This document shows positions 30,601 to 38,288 of a stretch of DNA of 64,000 nucleotides, in pieces. Below the pieces are notes generated by a model. The model had not been told where the DNA came from. It made no database searches and saw nothing but the letters and a program-made list of their open reading frames with translations. Made by a program: the position numbers and the translations under genes. This stretch comes from a virus. The DNA is taken from the IMG/VR virus record IMGVR_UViG_3300044900_000004, positions 1,103-65,102 of that record; one strand, written 5' to 3'. Every line of letters starts with the position of its first letter. Within the stretch, counting starts at the first letter, position 1.

Positions 30601-30844
30601 GATCGCGCCCCAGCACTCGTAACTGCTGCTCAACTGCATTGATGTTGGTTAGCCGAACCGAGGCATCGATCGTTGGTTTGAGTTGCCCCAAACTATTGAC
30701 TTGTTGCCTAAATGCTCTAGTATCTAGCGACGCTGCAAACCCGATCGTTGAATTCTTGAGGTTTTGCAGTGCCTGCAAGTCACGGTCGAATTTGTCGCGC
30801 TCAAGACGCAACTCTACCGCTAGAGAACCCACAACTTCAGACAT
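21674..30844 (-). CDS. Tape measure protein (~3056 aa)
   Basis: MSEVVGSLAVELRL start; tape-measure core ADRLGV...KGKIQAEELRSQIGDRLPGA; long coiled coils; follows chaperones. Confidence 0.9.
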   Translation of the reverse strand: MSEVVGSLAVELRLERDKFDRDLQALQNLKNSTIGFAASLDTRAFRQQVNSLGQLKPTIDASVRLTNINAVEQQLRVLGRDRFVKIGVSIDESKLTSLDQRLKGYSDKSFKVTAQVDDRQLTALNKHLDLKQKHFGQVDNYFKSSPLTPRVDFSNLNALDRRLGSLQSKTITVNAAIKYSSTQPPNIAQAVTQKLQLDTGDFEKSISNSIERAFSQVKGGGLLSGLGSLVSAPLKLATSAIFGVGGTIASSLILSITQPLGSGLGAGLSTALEKSLSNSVGSSSLLGEKVGGAIGASISSGVSSKLQGLGDLLEKQIAKIDDKKTRTELQEKLAQVRELPQKTRAAVTETIGTEAIQRESLLRRGQRQQQRDAETPIVREQSVIEFRGAVGKLDETRASAVKRLTFIEGQIAAKQRELAGAEQRVRSNQALLNRAQASGADDATLQGISEELNASARELSGLATSIQALEKGKALIQGAVKQAEQDAIKASETSKQVAPKSQPKEFVELAKIALGDRFDADKLPELAIADESLKKANAVSQYDPLRNRIEVTAEFFQQLQESVLLSERQANILAEELQHAIDLDFGSARGIQASREGRVVGRPLIPTPDEFSQLAPNLGLYDPKRREIELSGKTGAIRSTEAYLSQRGTIAQQTNASAFAATKDIADSRSQGIGSKLSEFVSFAQSRGDDLSKVAAAYTSAIEKIQSGFGALAQEALQASSAASLDEAKIEQFTQRQQSLFNQLLAVEDKLSDRIANYKPPSIEDKTAANQPLALPLKPLALPELVSVEVAQQQQPRRLALASPITPESNSLALREPVKLNRTEQAKNIALKAGQAARSVVDAGQNVQEIVSGAIAQAKDLDARFSTAYKAFQSALKNGDARLVEAYKKTMVDLTRRSKGDIDALIGELKNSGDKSGAIGQLGGVKGRLTQKENLVTRSAAKFEQSQAARGEDLKAASLGGAKYGALDAALDEFKRTAARAIAGINATTAKFAEVEKQPTLRGTLGAAAKSPKVQAIAKDLVVNTGGFVASQVAGQSGQVAGLGGDLIGALAARQSLNAGISGVQAYRSLNQKPEFQKAPLRQKAGMVLREGSQRFQGMGAIQNDELFGDLTGFAIGNAAAQLPVPLPLKGAAVAMAAVPQLAKLREKITGRLSEDTSARASGEDLTAQSLAPGAKQAIRTLDSKRRKILEQLEQSIGNAIDSISLLLKQQPDLINNAKVTRTLARLNQTAQRVLEGQTDVVNDVFEAETAKFSQQLNALNARVQARLKAQPDFGLVADRGISNSAQEEGSRVIDANRSQIRSNERLINRNERKGLAENTGLIRIEDPAPNDFGKGAIGAAKRFLSGLNDDLTNGVLKRTSLLLIESKTLVNDLRTSEAVAKGAGDTTQANRLGGVAQKAERAIGQTEKILSKPRVEVNQGDISKLKQLEKELRAVYKVVDRPPPGGGGGGGFGGFLEKIKEQAGGLPGVLKQAVIGFIGFQVLQNIIPQLQQFVSASVQAAIKLDNLKTALSFGSGSAINAGKDLAFIRKEADRLGVPLGAVQEGFVKLAASTKGTSSSGQVTKDLVTGVSQAATTLGLSSENVEGIFNALGQSFSKGKIQAEELRSQIGDRLPGAFSTAARAMGVTEAQLNKLLEAGAVTSDEFGKKFGKQLQIEYAGSAESASKNVQSSLFRLSNAFQVLQENTGQLFTPAVKSGADALTVAIGLLGQNIDKVILLAGVLAVRFSGLDKVKLPNLAASIGDAVSSLQNFNIGEAIGKGKDSFKEGGTFGKGGAARGIAKEGAGLLGTGLALYAGFEATRTISQAFTLDEKGKEFKEFADQGEQGLKRIEAAAKKARGEVNTIPENVGRKTESTGIVDDVLNYVNNSNQDYIESLRTKDPEEYKRLNGEAPETRTYADVNRENRAMQIDRFQTGTRELLGQQFRSGQITNGLGEFRQQLGAAQGLDNQIIDKQNERNRLASLPRTDKTEIGKLDEEIKGLSQKRSETVAPLAEYQANLESRIKGTKSLIEGGGISDGLKSNLEASLKELQDAQTRITKLQNSFGTAADKVLDFKNALDEMSIALEQVKRDAEIKFTIDSTQDINSQIANFGADRNASINAPVTAAKRKSTQTQSELEGKRQELDGISQKLNQREVSDVLGSVTVGSTGKSLSKDSSIKEIELAKSGLSDSDPKKKILEQLILFKKTQDEQTKLQLQGAQDRQAIQKAEEAATLALLDKSSAQRESLSKQRLAKSQVGLIKQQISGKIYESDASVKGAKIQQSQTGGQLDSTQRELSDLQAAFQAKLVSAEEYEKRKQDIENRLSDLTVQNAQAELAVVKAVEAAKLEAIERSAVQRESLIKRAESSATVGLIRKKIGKNVDESDLEIEEAEISQNTANAQLGNTQKQAAELADAYSKGIVKSEEFEKRNRDLQNSIGDLTVRQAQAELAVVEAKNRKILEGYEQISKRANAAINVQVGDRSNTIRAKQLEGGIVGEGGQAEILKVELSANQQRLDLKRKEFAQVQELRNRGVISEKEAEDRRIQITADTQQLESQVIEQITQQRLKAIQNQVDAEKRSTDEKVSLLDREKAAQDKSIAQLERRKSLLDAELGVSKAISDSRQSALKIGVDRASESADLFKQLGGLDSEKGGQTFQRKAVLRDQLSQFGANPDDKKGIVEAIQNKQALEAEADAEKTAALLKQQELERESVRLGLLKEQSSARIAVIEAKRAELLAKQNLNAAKGELNKALKTGDANEIANAQSNLKDAQEGLNLASQGRGLAESGVGVIDKQVQKELEANDIRAAQTRSELDAENQAKKRSRDRELAGAADEVKYRGSLSFSGMPPSAAAQAGLQSLGPNGRSELGGTSVSVDQSDGSEDGTGTSVTINGEDPNKKAEEKQPKTLLGLLGSIEKSCGFLPAIQALALDLANDAKSIAANTFESAASGIRSGFLAEESTKLKTPGAANLPEMKSPSLGGNPRPLDVLGGAPPIVPTQANFNPIETAAIQPQTSSVDQAVSRASNNQDVVAKLEQLYAGIVQLANTPRSLTISTPTPVEDYAKFQNQQAGSTLRGI

Positions 30845-30874
30845 GCCGAACCACACAAAGGATACGGCTTCAGG

Positions 30875-30882
30875 GTTCCTAC
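30875..30882 (-). promoter_or_regulatory. GTRGGAAY motif
   Basis: GTAGGAAC, 30 nt before ATG 30844, after hairpin + T6. Confidence 0.6.
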
Positions 30883-31269
30883 AGTGTTAAGTTCAAAAAA
30901 GACGAAGCCCCCACATTTCTGATGAGAGCTTCTTCGCTTTTGTATAGAGCCGCTATGCCTTTCTAATGCTCAGGCGGCAATCCCAAACCCTTACGGGCGC
31001 GGCTCGACGGGAATTCTGATGAGTGCGATCGCTAGCCTCTGGCACCGCTGCCGCCTGCTAAAGGACACTTTTACGGCCAACGCCGACCTTTAGTAGATAA
31101 TCGGGGCCCCAGCCACTATTTAGCCAGCTTGGTTCGAGTCCATGTAGATGGAGAACTGACTAAACGGCGCGGCTTGCAACTGGTGAGGTGAGCGATCGCA
31201 GTTTTATTCTAACTGACTCCCTGTGCTGGTTTAGTTTTGAATCGTGGCGATAATAAGTTTTAACTTACG

Positions 31270-31311
31270 GTCGTATATTAAAACTTTGTTGCTAATTCTT
31301 TAATATACGAC
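31270..31311. promoter_or_regulatory. Perfect 13-bp inverted repeat
   Basis: GTCGTATATTAAA-N16-TTTAATATACGAC. Confidence 0.5.
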
Positions 31312-31563
31312 TGCTAGTTAATAGAAAGTTCACTCAGGAGCCATAGTTGATCGCTGCCTACAATTTTAGTCGAGAAACAACCACCGCTGTAACTTTGATT
31401 AATACACCATCTCCCGCCGCAGTCACTTCTAAGCTTTTCGCGTTCATTGCAATAAGATGGGCTGCTAGTTTAGACGCTGCTTCTTTTCCGCGTTTTAACT
31501 CGTCATCGTCATTCAGTTTTTTACACATAGGTTTTTCATTGAAGTGGCTTAGAAGGAATTAAA

Positions 31564-32882
31564 TCAAGACAGCCTCTCAAATTCACAGTCGAGCATCCAG
31601 CGAGGCTCACCATCGGGAACTACGATCGTAAACCAGAGTCCCGAATCGGGATCTTGTACATTGCATTCCCCCCTAACTGACTCTACGATCGCCATCTGAC
31701 ACACCACCTTTGATCCACGAATCAGAGGTTGAAGTAGTACAATCCCTTCTCCTATCCACGCACGCGGATAAGCGAAATCACCCTTACCTCGATGGGCGAG
31801 CAATTTGGGTATTGGGGCAATAGAGATCGCCCAGGCAGGCAGTTTAAGTTCTTCCGCCAGCGAGAAAAAGGCATCCGCAGCCGCAGACGGAATTTTTGCC
31901 TCAGTGTTGGTGTTGAAGTGATAGAAATCCTTTTCCTGGAATGCAGGCGCATCTTTGCCGCGATTGGTATTGGCAAACATTGCAGACAGCGAGGCGATTC
32001 CCAGTTCTTGCAGGTGAAGCTCCTCGACCTGAATCTTAGAGGCCCACTCATAAGCCTGATGAATCAAATACATCGGCTGGAAGCCAAAATTGTCGGCGTT
32101 AAACCGTGAATCATGGCTCCAACGGCGCTGAATCTTCCAGTAAAGGCTTTCCCAGTCAGTATCCTCATCTACGCGGCTGAGGATTTTCCCAGTTCTTCGT
32201 CAGTCGATTCTTTAAACTCAACAGGCTCGACTTCGACCCAGTGAGCCTTCTCTTTGACAATGAACTCAGCGATCGCATTCACTAGCTCCGATCTGATCAA
32301 TTCGGGATTGCTGGTGTGCTCCAGTGTCCAGTCTTCCAGCTTCAGACGATACAAAAGGATTGCTGTAACTTCAACTAGTTTCTGAGTTTCTAGTGAGGCT
32401 AAAAACTCGTTTTGGAAGGTAATGATCTCGCTGTAGAATTCGCCAAACCATTCAGGATCAACAATCTCTAACAAGTCCGCATCGATTGTGATCTCTTTGT
32501 CTTCAAGCTTAATTGTGGCGACTTTGCCGTTCTCGGTCTTTTCAATCTTGATAACCGTTGCGGTTTTACCTTTGAGGGATTTGTGGGCTTTGTCATCTGA
32601 GATAACCGTGACAACATCTTCAGTAATCACGCCAATATCAAAGATGTATCCGTAAATGCGATCGTTGGTATAAGCAAACTTTGCGCCAGACGCTTTGCTA
32701 ATCCGCTTTGCAAGGCTAGCAAGCTGTTTTTGGAAGTCGAACAAATTTTGAGATTTAATGTAGCGTCGCTCTAATGGGCTGAGATCCTTGAGCTTGGGAA
32801 TCGAAAGCACTCCAATCTCATCATTACCCACATCAACGGTCTCGATCGCTTTGGGTGAAACTTTAAACGGCAGCAAGGACAT
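31564..32882 (-). CDS. Tail assembly chaperones G / GT joined by -1 frameshift
   Basis: G GGA AAA at 32184-32190 near the end of 32169..32882; the -1 frame is open (ILSRVDEDTDWESLYW...) into MYLIHQAY of 31564..32073. Confidence 0.85.
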
Positions 32883-32911
32883 TTATGGTTGCTCAACTCT
32901 ACAAGCCTGGA

Positions 32912-32919
32912 GTTCCCAC
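32912..32919 (-). promoter_or_regulatory. GTRGGAAY motif
   Basis: GTGGGAAC, 29 nt before ATG 32882. Confidence 0.6.
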
Positions 32920-33013
32920 GCACCGAAAACCGAATGAAAAACGAGTGTAGGAACTGTTAAAGAGTAGTCGGTCGCCCCAGAAGCTCAACTCTGGCGATCG
33001 GCTTTTTTGGTGC

Positions 33014-33730
33014 TTAAACGTAAGGCTCGAAGGTCGGAATGCCTCGGCCCAAAAAGTTCGTGGTGAACGTGACGATCCCAGCGGCCGGGAACTCACTGTT
33101 GAAGTTTTCAAGCTGAACTAGTCCGCGAGTGGTTGCTCCCTTGGTCTTGCCTGCGGGCTTGGGTTCTTCCAGCCAGATGTAGCCGTGAGCGCCAGCGATC
33201 GCATTCACGCCAGCATAGTTGATGCGGTAGTAGCCATCATCCAAGGGCAATGCGTTAGCGGTGTAAGAAATATTCCAGCTTGCTCCAGTAACAATCCCTG
33301 ACTTGAATGCTAGTCCTTCCTGATAAACGTCGGTTTCAGTGTTTTGGTTCTGGATCTGTCGGCTGGAAGTTGTACCACCGCTCAACAGTTGCTTGGCTTT
33401 GTAGGTGCCTGTTGCGGCTGTGGCCAGTGCTCCTGCAGCAGGAAGAATCGCAAGTTCAGTGTCGCCTGTTTTTGCGTGAGCAGCAGTGTAAACCGTGAGC
33501 TTGGTCGCGGTATTTCCCGTGCCCACCTGCAAAGCGATCGGGGTGCCGGCGGGAACAGGGCCAGCCAGCGCCGTAACATCTACAGCAGGATCAAGCGCTA
33601 CGATCGCGCCGGTGGTTGTGATGGGCACGTCAACAGGGGCGGTCAACTCAGGCAATGCCAACAGTTCGTCTGGCATCACAGTAAAATAAATCTTGGTTTG
33701 AACACCAATAACGAAAGCTAAATTTGGCAT
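33014..33730 (-). CDS. Major tail (tube) protein
   Basis: Start MPNLAFVIG; SWNISYTAN...GIVTFTTNFLGRG; upstream of chaperones. Confidence 0.75.
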   Translation of the reverse strand: MPNLAFVIGVQTKIYFTVMPDELLALPELTAPVDVPITTTGAIVALDPAVDVTALAGPVPAGTPIALQVGTGNTATKLTVYTAAHAKTGDTELAILPAAGALATAATGTYKAKQLLSGGTTSSRQIQNQNTETDVYQEGLAFKSGIVTGASWNISYTANALPLDDGYYRINYAGVNAIAGAHGYIWLEEPKPAGKTKGATTRGLVQLENFNSEFPAAGIVTFTTNFLGRGIPTFEPYV

Positions 33731-33769
33731 CGGGCAACCCTCTAGAGGTTTTGAGTAGTTGCTGATGGA

Positions 33770-33777
33770 GTTCCCAC
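33770..33777 (-). promoter_or_regulatory. GTRGGAAY motif
   Basis: GTGGGAAC, 39 nt before ATG 33730. Confidence 0.55.
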
Positions 33778-33789
33778 AGTGGAGAGAGT

Positions 33790-34176
33790 TTGATGGATTG
33801 GTTGAAAGGCTACATTCTGCAAGGACAAACACCCGTTCCCTGTGACGATCTACTGGTGTGGAGCACTTGGTGTGAGAGTGCCGATCGCCGCGTTGGATTC
33901 ACCAAAATCGGGCGACTCACGGTCTCAACTGTTTTTCTAGGACTAGATCACCGATTTGCCGCTTCAGAAAGTGAGTTGCCGATTTTGTTTGAGACGATGG
34001 TTTTTGGAGGCGGGACTCAATTCGCTGAATTTCAAATGCGATACTGCACCTGGGAAGATGCGGAATCAGGGCATCAAGCGATCGTGCAACTGGTTAAAGT
34101 CGATCGACGCAGGCAAAACAAAAAGGCGTTCAAGCAACTGCTCAAACGCCTCGCGAATCGTCATGCTCAATTTTAA
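33790..34176 (+). CDS. Hypothetical phage protein on opposite strand (moron)
   Basis: 128 aa; VSTVFLGLDH...LFETMVFGG...RYCTWEDAESGH. Confidence 0.65.
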   Translation: MMDWLKGYILQGQTPVPCDDLLVWSTWCESADRRVGFTKIGRLTVSTVFLGLDHRFAASESELPILFETMVFGGGTQFAEFQMRYCTWEDAESGHQAIVQLVKVDRRRQNKKAFKQLLKRLANRHAQF

Positions 34177-34568
34177 GTGTCAAACTCAGTTACGTCAGGA
34201 ATTCTCACTGAGTATTGTTCTTTGATATTTTTGTTTTTCTCGACAGTGGTTACACTTGCTCTCGTGTTCACGAACTGGTTGCCGATCTTTCTCAGTGCGG
34301 CATCTATCGTGTAGGCACCCGAATATTGAGTTAAGAATATCTGCCAGGTCTTGATCTGATTTGTCCCCCCGAACTGAGTTTTAGGGCGGTAGTCGATCGG
34401 GGATTTGACGATGATCAGTTCCAGTCCGGACACTCCTCGATCGTTGGGCAAACCCTCACCATTGGCAAGGATGGCGATCGCGGGGGTCGATTGCCCTGCA
34501 ATTAAAAACGTGCCTAGCTCTGCGCGCAACTCCAACTGCAATTCATCTCTTAGCTCTTCCGCGTTCAC
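34173..34568 (-). CDS. Putative tail terminator
   Basis: 131 aa, position before the tube gene. Confidence 0.5.
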   Translation of the reverse strand: MNAEELRDELQLELRAELGTFLIAGQSTPAIAILANGEGLPNDRGVSGLELIIVKSPIDYRPKTQFGGTNQIKTWQIFLTQYSGAYTIDAALRKIGNQFVNTRASVTTVEKNKNIKEQYSVRIPDVTEFDT

Positions 34569-34825
34569 GCTTCGTCATCTCCAAAGGTTGCTGGATACGA
34601 GAAAGAGGGCCTCACTGCGGGAGCTAATTCTCGATGAACTCTGATCAGTGTTTCCCAGGCTTGAGTGGCATCAGCGATCGCAGCGCAAAAGCCTGACAGG
34701 ACTTCTGGCAACTCCCCATATTCAATCGTTCCGTCAAGATATTTTTCTAATCGATCTTGCAGTAAAGCAATAGTTTTGGCTTGCTTGCCGATAGCTTGAA
34801 TCAGTACAAATTCCTCAGACATCAC
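34565..34825 (-). CDS. Hypothetical protein
   Basis: Coupled 86-aa ORF. Confidence 0.5.
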   Translation of the reverse strand: MMSEEFVLIQAIGKQAKTIALLQDRLEKYLDGTIEYGELPEVLSGFCAAIADATQAWETLIRVHRELAPAVRPSFSYPATFGDDEA

Positions 34826-35193
34826 TTCAACCTCTTTCTTAATTCTCTCGCCATAATGCCCTCAAAATCGGTTTCTTCGGCAGCGGTCTTTGTCCACGGT
34901 CTTGCAGCCTTCCCCGGTTCGCCGTTGTGCACATCGATCGCATGGTCAGCACTCCACTCAATCACAGCAACTCCGTCACCATAAACCGGGTCTTGCTGAG
35001 AGTCGCGCAGCTCTCCCTCGTCTACGATGTCTCGTGGCGAACCCACCAAATCACCGTTGCGGCGCAGAGTATAGCCATCCCAACGCCACTGCTCTGTTTC
35101 AATTTCGATGCGGCACTGATCGGCGTATGCTTCGACTACAGTTTTGAAAGAGCCATCGATCGCCGCGTTTAACTTACTCAGGTTGAGCTTCAT
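34822..35193 (-). CDS. Neck/tail-completion protein (HK97 gp10-like)
   Basis: RDIVDEGELRDS...VHNG...ARPW. Confidence 0.65.
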   Translation of the reverse strand: MKLNLSKLNAAIDGSFKTVVEAYADQCRIEIETEQWRWDGYTLRRNGDLVGSPRDIVDEGELRDSQQDPVYGDGVAVIEWSADHAIDVHNGEPGKAARPWTKTAAEETDFEGIMARELRKRLK

Positions 35194-35569
35194 GGCCTGC
35201 AAGTTTGAAGAGTGCGCCAGAAATGGCATTAATCGCAAACTCAACGGCAGTATCTTGTGATTCGTCTTCTGGCTGAAACGGGGCAATGTGCAGATGCAGC
35301 AACTCATGGATCAGTGTTTCTTCCATGCTGTAAGGACGCATCCCTCGCTGTTTTTCAGAGTCCTCGATCGTCACAAGCTTAATATCTGCGGTGCGCCCAT
35401 TCAACTCCCAGCGGCAGGTGCCCCATGCGCCTTGAGAAAACATATCCATTGCGGGTACAACTTTAACGCTAATGTCCCAGTCAGCTAGTCTGAGCAGTTT
35501 TTGCCACTCAAGACATTTCTGCTGCATCTGCTGCTCGATCGTAGGTTCCGAGGAAGAAAGTTCTGGCAT
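35174..35569 (-). CDS. Small zincin-like metallopeptidase
   Basis: EETLIHELLHLH (HExxH). Confidence 0.7.
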   Translation of the reverse strand: MPELSSSEPTIEQQMQQKCLEWQKLLRLADWDISVKVVPAMDMFSQGAWGTCRWELNGRTADIKLVTIEDSEKQRGMRPYSMEETLIHELLHLHIAPFQPEDESQDTAVEFAINAISGALFKLAGHEAQPE

Positions 35570-35597
35570 GGGGATTGCTCAACACTATGTTTGTTGA

Positions 35598-35605
35598 GTT
35601 CCCAC
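35598..35605 (-). promoter_or_regulatory. GTRGGAAY motif
   Basis: GTGGGAAC, 28 nt before ATG 35569, after hairpin + T5. Confidence 0.6.
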
Positions 35606-35701
35606 AAACAAAAACCGCCAGCATGAGGAACTGACGGCTTATTCATCATTTATCAACCTAAATGGAAGAAAAGCAACCCTCATATCTTTAGAGTTCCCAT
35701 T

Positions 35702-36643
35702 TTACGACTTCTTCTCAAAATCATTGCAAGTCTCACCCTCAAACCCGTAGGGATGCATCGCGCAAATCATTAGGTTGCCGCCATCTACCTTGCCGTGAAC
35801 GTTGCGACAGCCCTGGCACAACTTCGGCACGTCGGGATGAAAGGGTGAAGTAAAGTCAACCAGAGGGAGGCGATCGTAGAAGCGATCGTAAGACCTCATT
35901 ATCAGGTCTTGTCGTGATTGCTCAAGAAGCTGCGATCGTAGTCGGCTCGAATGATATTCATCCGCCACATATATTCTGATTGTGTCGAGAGTCTCTGAAC
36001 CGAGACCCTCTCGCCTTCGCTCTTGCTCAACACGATCGACGTTCAGATCAACCGTTACTAGGCAAAGATCATTTGCCGGAGAATGGACGTTGTATCCGTA
36101 AACTTTCAGAAACAAGCCGTCTATTAATACTCCTCCCTCAACAAACCTCATGCTCCTATGAGCATGGAATCTGATTGAGCAGGTTGCTTCGGACATCCTC
36201 CATTCGAGGATTGAAATTGACCGATGACTCTGACCCTGGCTCACCACCGCGCTCACCGCTGAATTGCTGCGTTGGATTTCCCAAACTTGCTGATACTCAG
36301 CCTCGACTCGCTCTAAAAATTCGGCTCGCTCGTGGTCAACTCGACCTATCCAAGGCTCTAACCAGCTATTTTCTTGACTGACAATCCTTGCAGAAAAATT
36401 GCATCCCGGCTCAAAGCGTCTTACCTCGAAGAAGTGGCGATCGTGAATCCATTGCTCCCCATCCACGAAAGTACTGGTGAGTTGGCGACCGATCTGCCCA
36501 CCGCGATCGTAGTATTCATCCACCGTTCTGCCTGGTGTGCGCGTAGTGCGAAGTGCCAGGCACCCGTTCTCCCAGTGATGTTCAGTTACTTGCGGTTCTA
36601 CGTCCGTCATCACTAACCTCTCGCTATGGAAACCTGGAACCAT
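35702..36643 (-). CDS. Hypothetical protein with C-terminal Cys-rich motif
   Basis: CQGC...ICAMHPYG....CNDF. Confidence 0.55.
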   Translation of the reverse strand: MVPGFHSERLVMTDVEPQVTEHHWENGCLALRTTRTPGRTVDEYYDRGGQIGRQLTSTFVDGEQWIHDRHFFEVRRFEPGCNFSARIVSQENSWLEPWIGRVDHERAEFLERVEAEYQQVWEIQRSNSAVSAVVSQGQSHRSISILEWRMSEATCSIRFHAHRSMRFVEGGVLIDGLFLKVYGYNVHSPANDLCLVTVDLNVDRVEQERRREGLGSETLDTIRIYVADEYHSSRLRSQLLEQSRQDLIMRSYDRFYDRLPLVDFTSPFHPDVPKLCQGCRNVHGKVDGGNLMICAMHPYGFEGETCNDFEKKS

Positions 36644-37023
36644 CCAGTAATTTTAGTGCCCTGAGCCTGCTCTTCTAGCGCCCCTATACCTTGCCGTCCA
36701 TGCGGGGGATTGATCGGCGTATCGAGATAGAAGTAGCCCTTTATTCCACTCCACACACATTCTGCCCAGTTGTTCGGCAGAATCCGGCGATCGAGGATTG
36801 CTGGACTCACGCAATACCCCTCTAGCCTAAGAGCGGTTTCGTCTACGCCTGGCTGTTTAAGCACTTTACTTGCTGATTGCAAAGCCAGCATCTCTAGAAT
36901 TGCAGTCAACTTAATCGACTTGGTTTCCGCCACTGCATTCCCCACTTCATCGCGAATCAGATTCCCGGTTGGAATCTGAAATGTTAGCCTTGCGTTCTCA
37001 AAATTACTGTAGGGACTGATCAT
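36613..37023 (-). CDS. Putative head-closure protein
   Basis: GNLIRDEVGN pattern; position after adaptor. Confidence 0.55.
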   Translation of the reverse strand: MISPYSNFENARLTFQIPTGNLIRDEVGNAVAETKSIKLTAILEMLALQSASKVLKQPGVDETALRLEGYCVSPAILDRRILPNNWAECVWSGIKGYFYLDTPINPPHGRQGIGALEEQAQGTKITGWFQVSIARG

Positions 37024-37244
37024 TACCCTCCCCTCATTTCTCGAATCTCGCCCTCAAACCACACATGATCGTCAGTACTCAAACTGCCTTGCGTGATGCG
37101 AAACGCCCAACGTGCGTCAACGTCATCCAGCGTGACCGACATCTTGCTGATCACTTCACGGAGGAGAGAGCGATCGCGCTGCCTGATTGCATTGCCTAAC
37201 AATAGAGCTAACTCTGGGCTTAGTTCGGGGGGTATTGTCATCAT
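37023..37244 (-). CDS. Hypothetical protein
   Basis: Coupled 73-aa ORF. Confidence 0.5.
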   Translation of the reverse strand: MMTIPPELSPELALLLGNAIRQRDRSLLREVISKMSVTLDDVDARWAFRITQGSLSTDDHVWFEGEIREMRGG

Positions 37245-37612
37245 TTTGAATTCGTTTGGATCGTGGGAGATACCTTGCTATCGAGAAAGTAGACGGCGCG
37301 ATCGTTTTTGCTAGCTACCTCTTCTTGCATCTGAATCTGCAAATAAGCCAGGTAAGCAGGGGACAGAGAAGACTCAATTTCATCGGCTGCCTGTTTTAGG
37401 AACTTGGCAGAATCTAATTTAGCCTGAGCGTCAGCTACTTGAGCTTGTCTAGAGTATTCAGCCTTAGCCAAAATCGCTTTACCGTCTTGCTCAGAACTGT
37501 AGACATGGTAGGCGGGAATTACCCAAAGCAAGCCACCGACCAACAACAGAACTAATGGTGCTGAAAGCGCTAGAGTCAAAACTTGATAGGGTTTCAAAAC
37601 AAGTAACTCCAA
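37241..37612 (-). CDS. Membrane-anchored protein, SPFH C-terminus-like
   Basis: N-terminal TM; GKAILAKAE...A..LSPAYLAYL. Confidence 0.5.
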   Translation of the reverse strand: MELLVLKPYQVLTLALSAPLVLLLVGGLLWVIPAYHVYSSEQDGKAILAKAEYSRQAQVADAQAKLDSAKFLKQAADEIESSLSPAYLAYLQIQMQEEVASKNDRAVYFLDSKVSPTIQTNSK

Positions 37613-37635
37613 AGATTAATTTTACTAAGGTTTCC

Positions 37636-38091
37636 CTAGCTTCTGCCCAGACTCGCGCATCCGTCGATCGGAGGTACAGGCGGTAGTTTGAGGAAATAGC
37701 GCAGCCGATCGATTAACTCGTTCCTCTGCATCTCCATGCCGGCCGTTCTCGATTCCTGATTCCATTTGAGCTTGCTGGCTTCTACTAATGCAAAGTTGGG
37801 GCTACTGCGTTCCTGCTTGAGCCGATCGGCAAGTTCATCTAGTTCGTCCAAGATCTCAATCACCCCCCGAACTGAGAACTCAGGCGTGATTTTGTCCATA
37901 CGATCGCTGATGTCCTCCTGTTCAAACAGTCGAGGGATCGGCATGTTGGCATAGTATTCGGACGGGTTCAGTTGAGCATCGTAGGTATAGAACTCTTTCT
38001 GAGACTGAGTTGCAAGATAAGGGAGAGATTTGATCAGTGCAAAGTTGAGATGATTGATAGCGCGATAGTGATCTTCAAGACTGAAAGGCAT
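37636..38091 (-). CDS. Putative head-tail adaptor
   Basis: Start MPFSLEDH; ends ...LGRS; position in connector cluster. Confidence 0.55.
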   Translation of the reverse strand: MPFSLEDHYRAINHLNFALIKSLPYLATQSQKEFYTYDAQLNPSEYYANMPIPRLFEQEDISDRMDKITPEFSVRGVIEILDELDELADRLKQERSSPNFALVEASKLKWNQESRTAGMEMQRNELIDRLRYFLKLPPVPPIDGCASLGRS

Positions 38092-38119
38092 GACGCGAGG
38101 AATGAGGGATGAGTCCAGC

Positions 38120-38127
38120 ATTCCTAC
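38120..38127 (-). promoter_or_regulatory. GTRGGAAY motif
   Basis: GTAGGAAT, 28 nt before ATG 38091, after hairpin + T6. Confidence 0.6.
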
Positions 38128-38288
38128 AACAAAAAACCGCCAGGAACGCGACTGACGGCAGGAAAGGAGAGCTATTAAGAATTCCGATAAGACTTCGCAT
38201 ATTACATGCTGTTAGTGGAACGTGGTTTTTTCGGAATGGTAGCGTAAACGGATGTATTTTTCTTAGAAGTCTCAGTAGCAAACTAGTT

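Noticed and set aside
21800-30890. Many plus-strand ORFs opposite the tape measure gene (and e.g. 2868..3527)
   Set aside because: Antisense shadows of a long coding frame; no motifs or start signals.
30915-31030. Two CTGATGAG hammerhead-like cores
   Set aside because: No downstream GAAA core or stem II closure at either copy.
31080-31155. GGTTCGAGTCC T-loop-like sequence
   Set aside because: No matching acceptor stem or anticodon arm could be built, so it was not called a tRNA.
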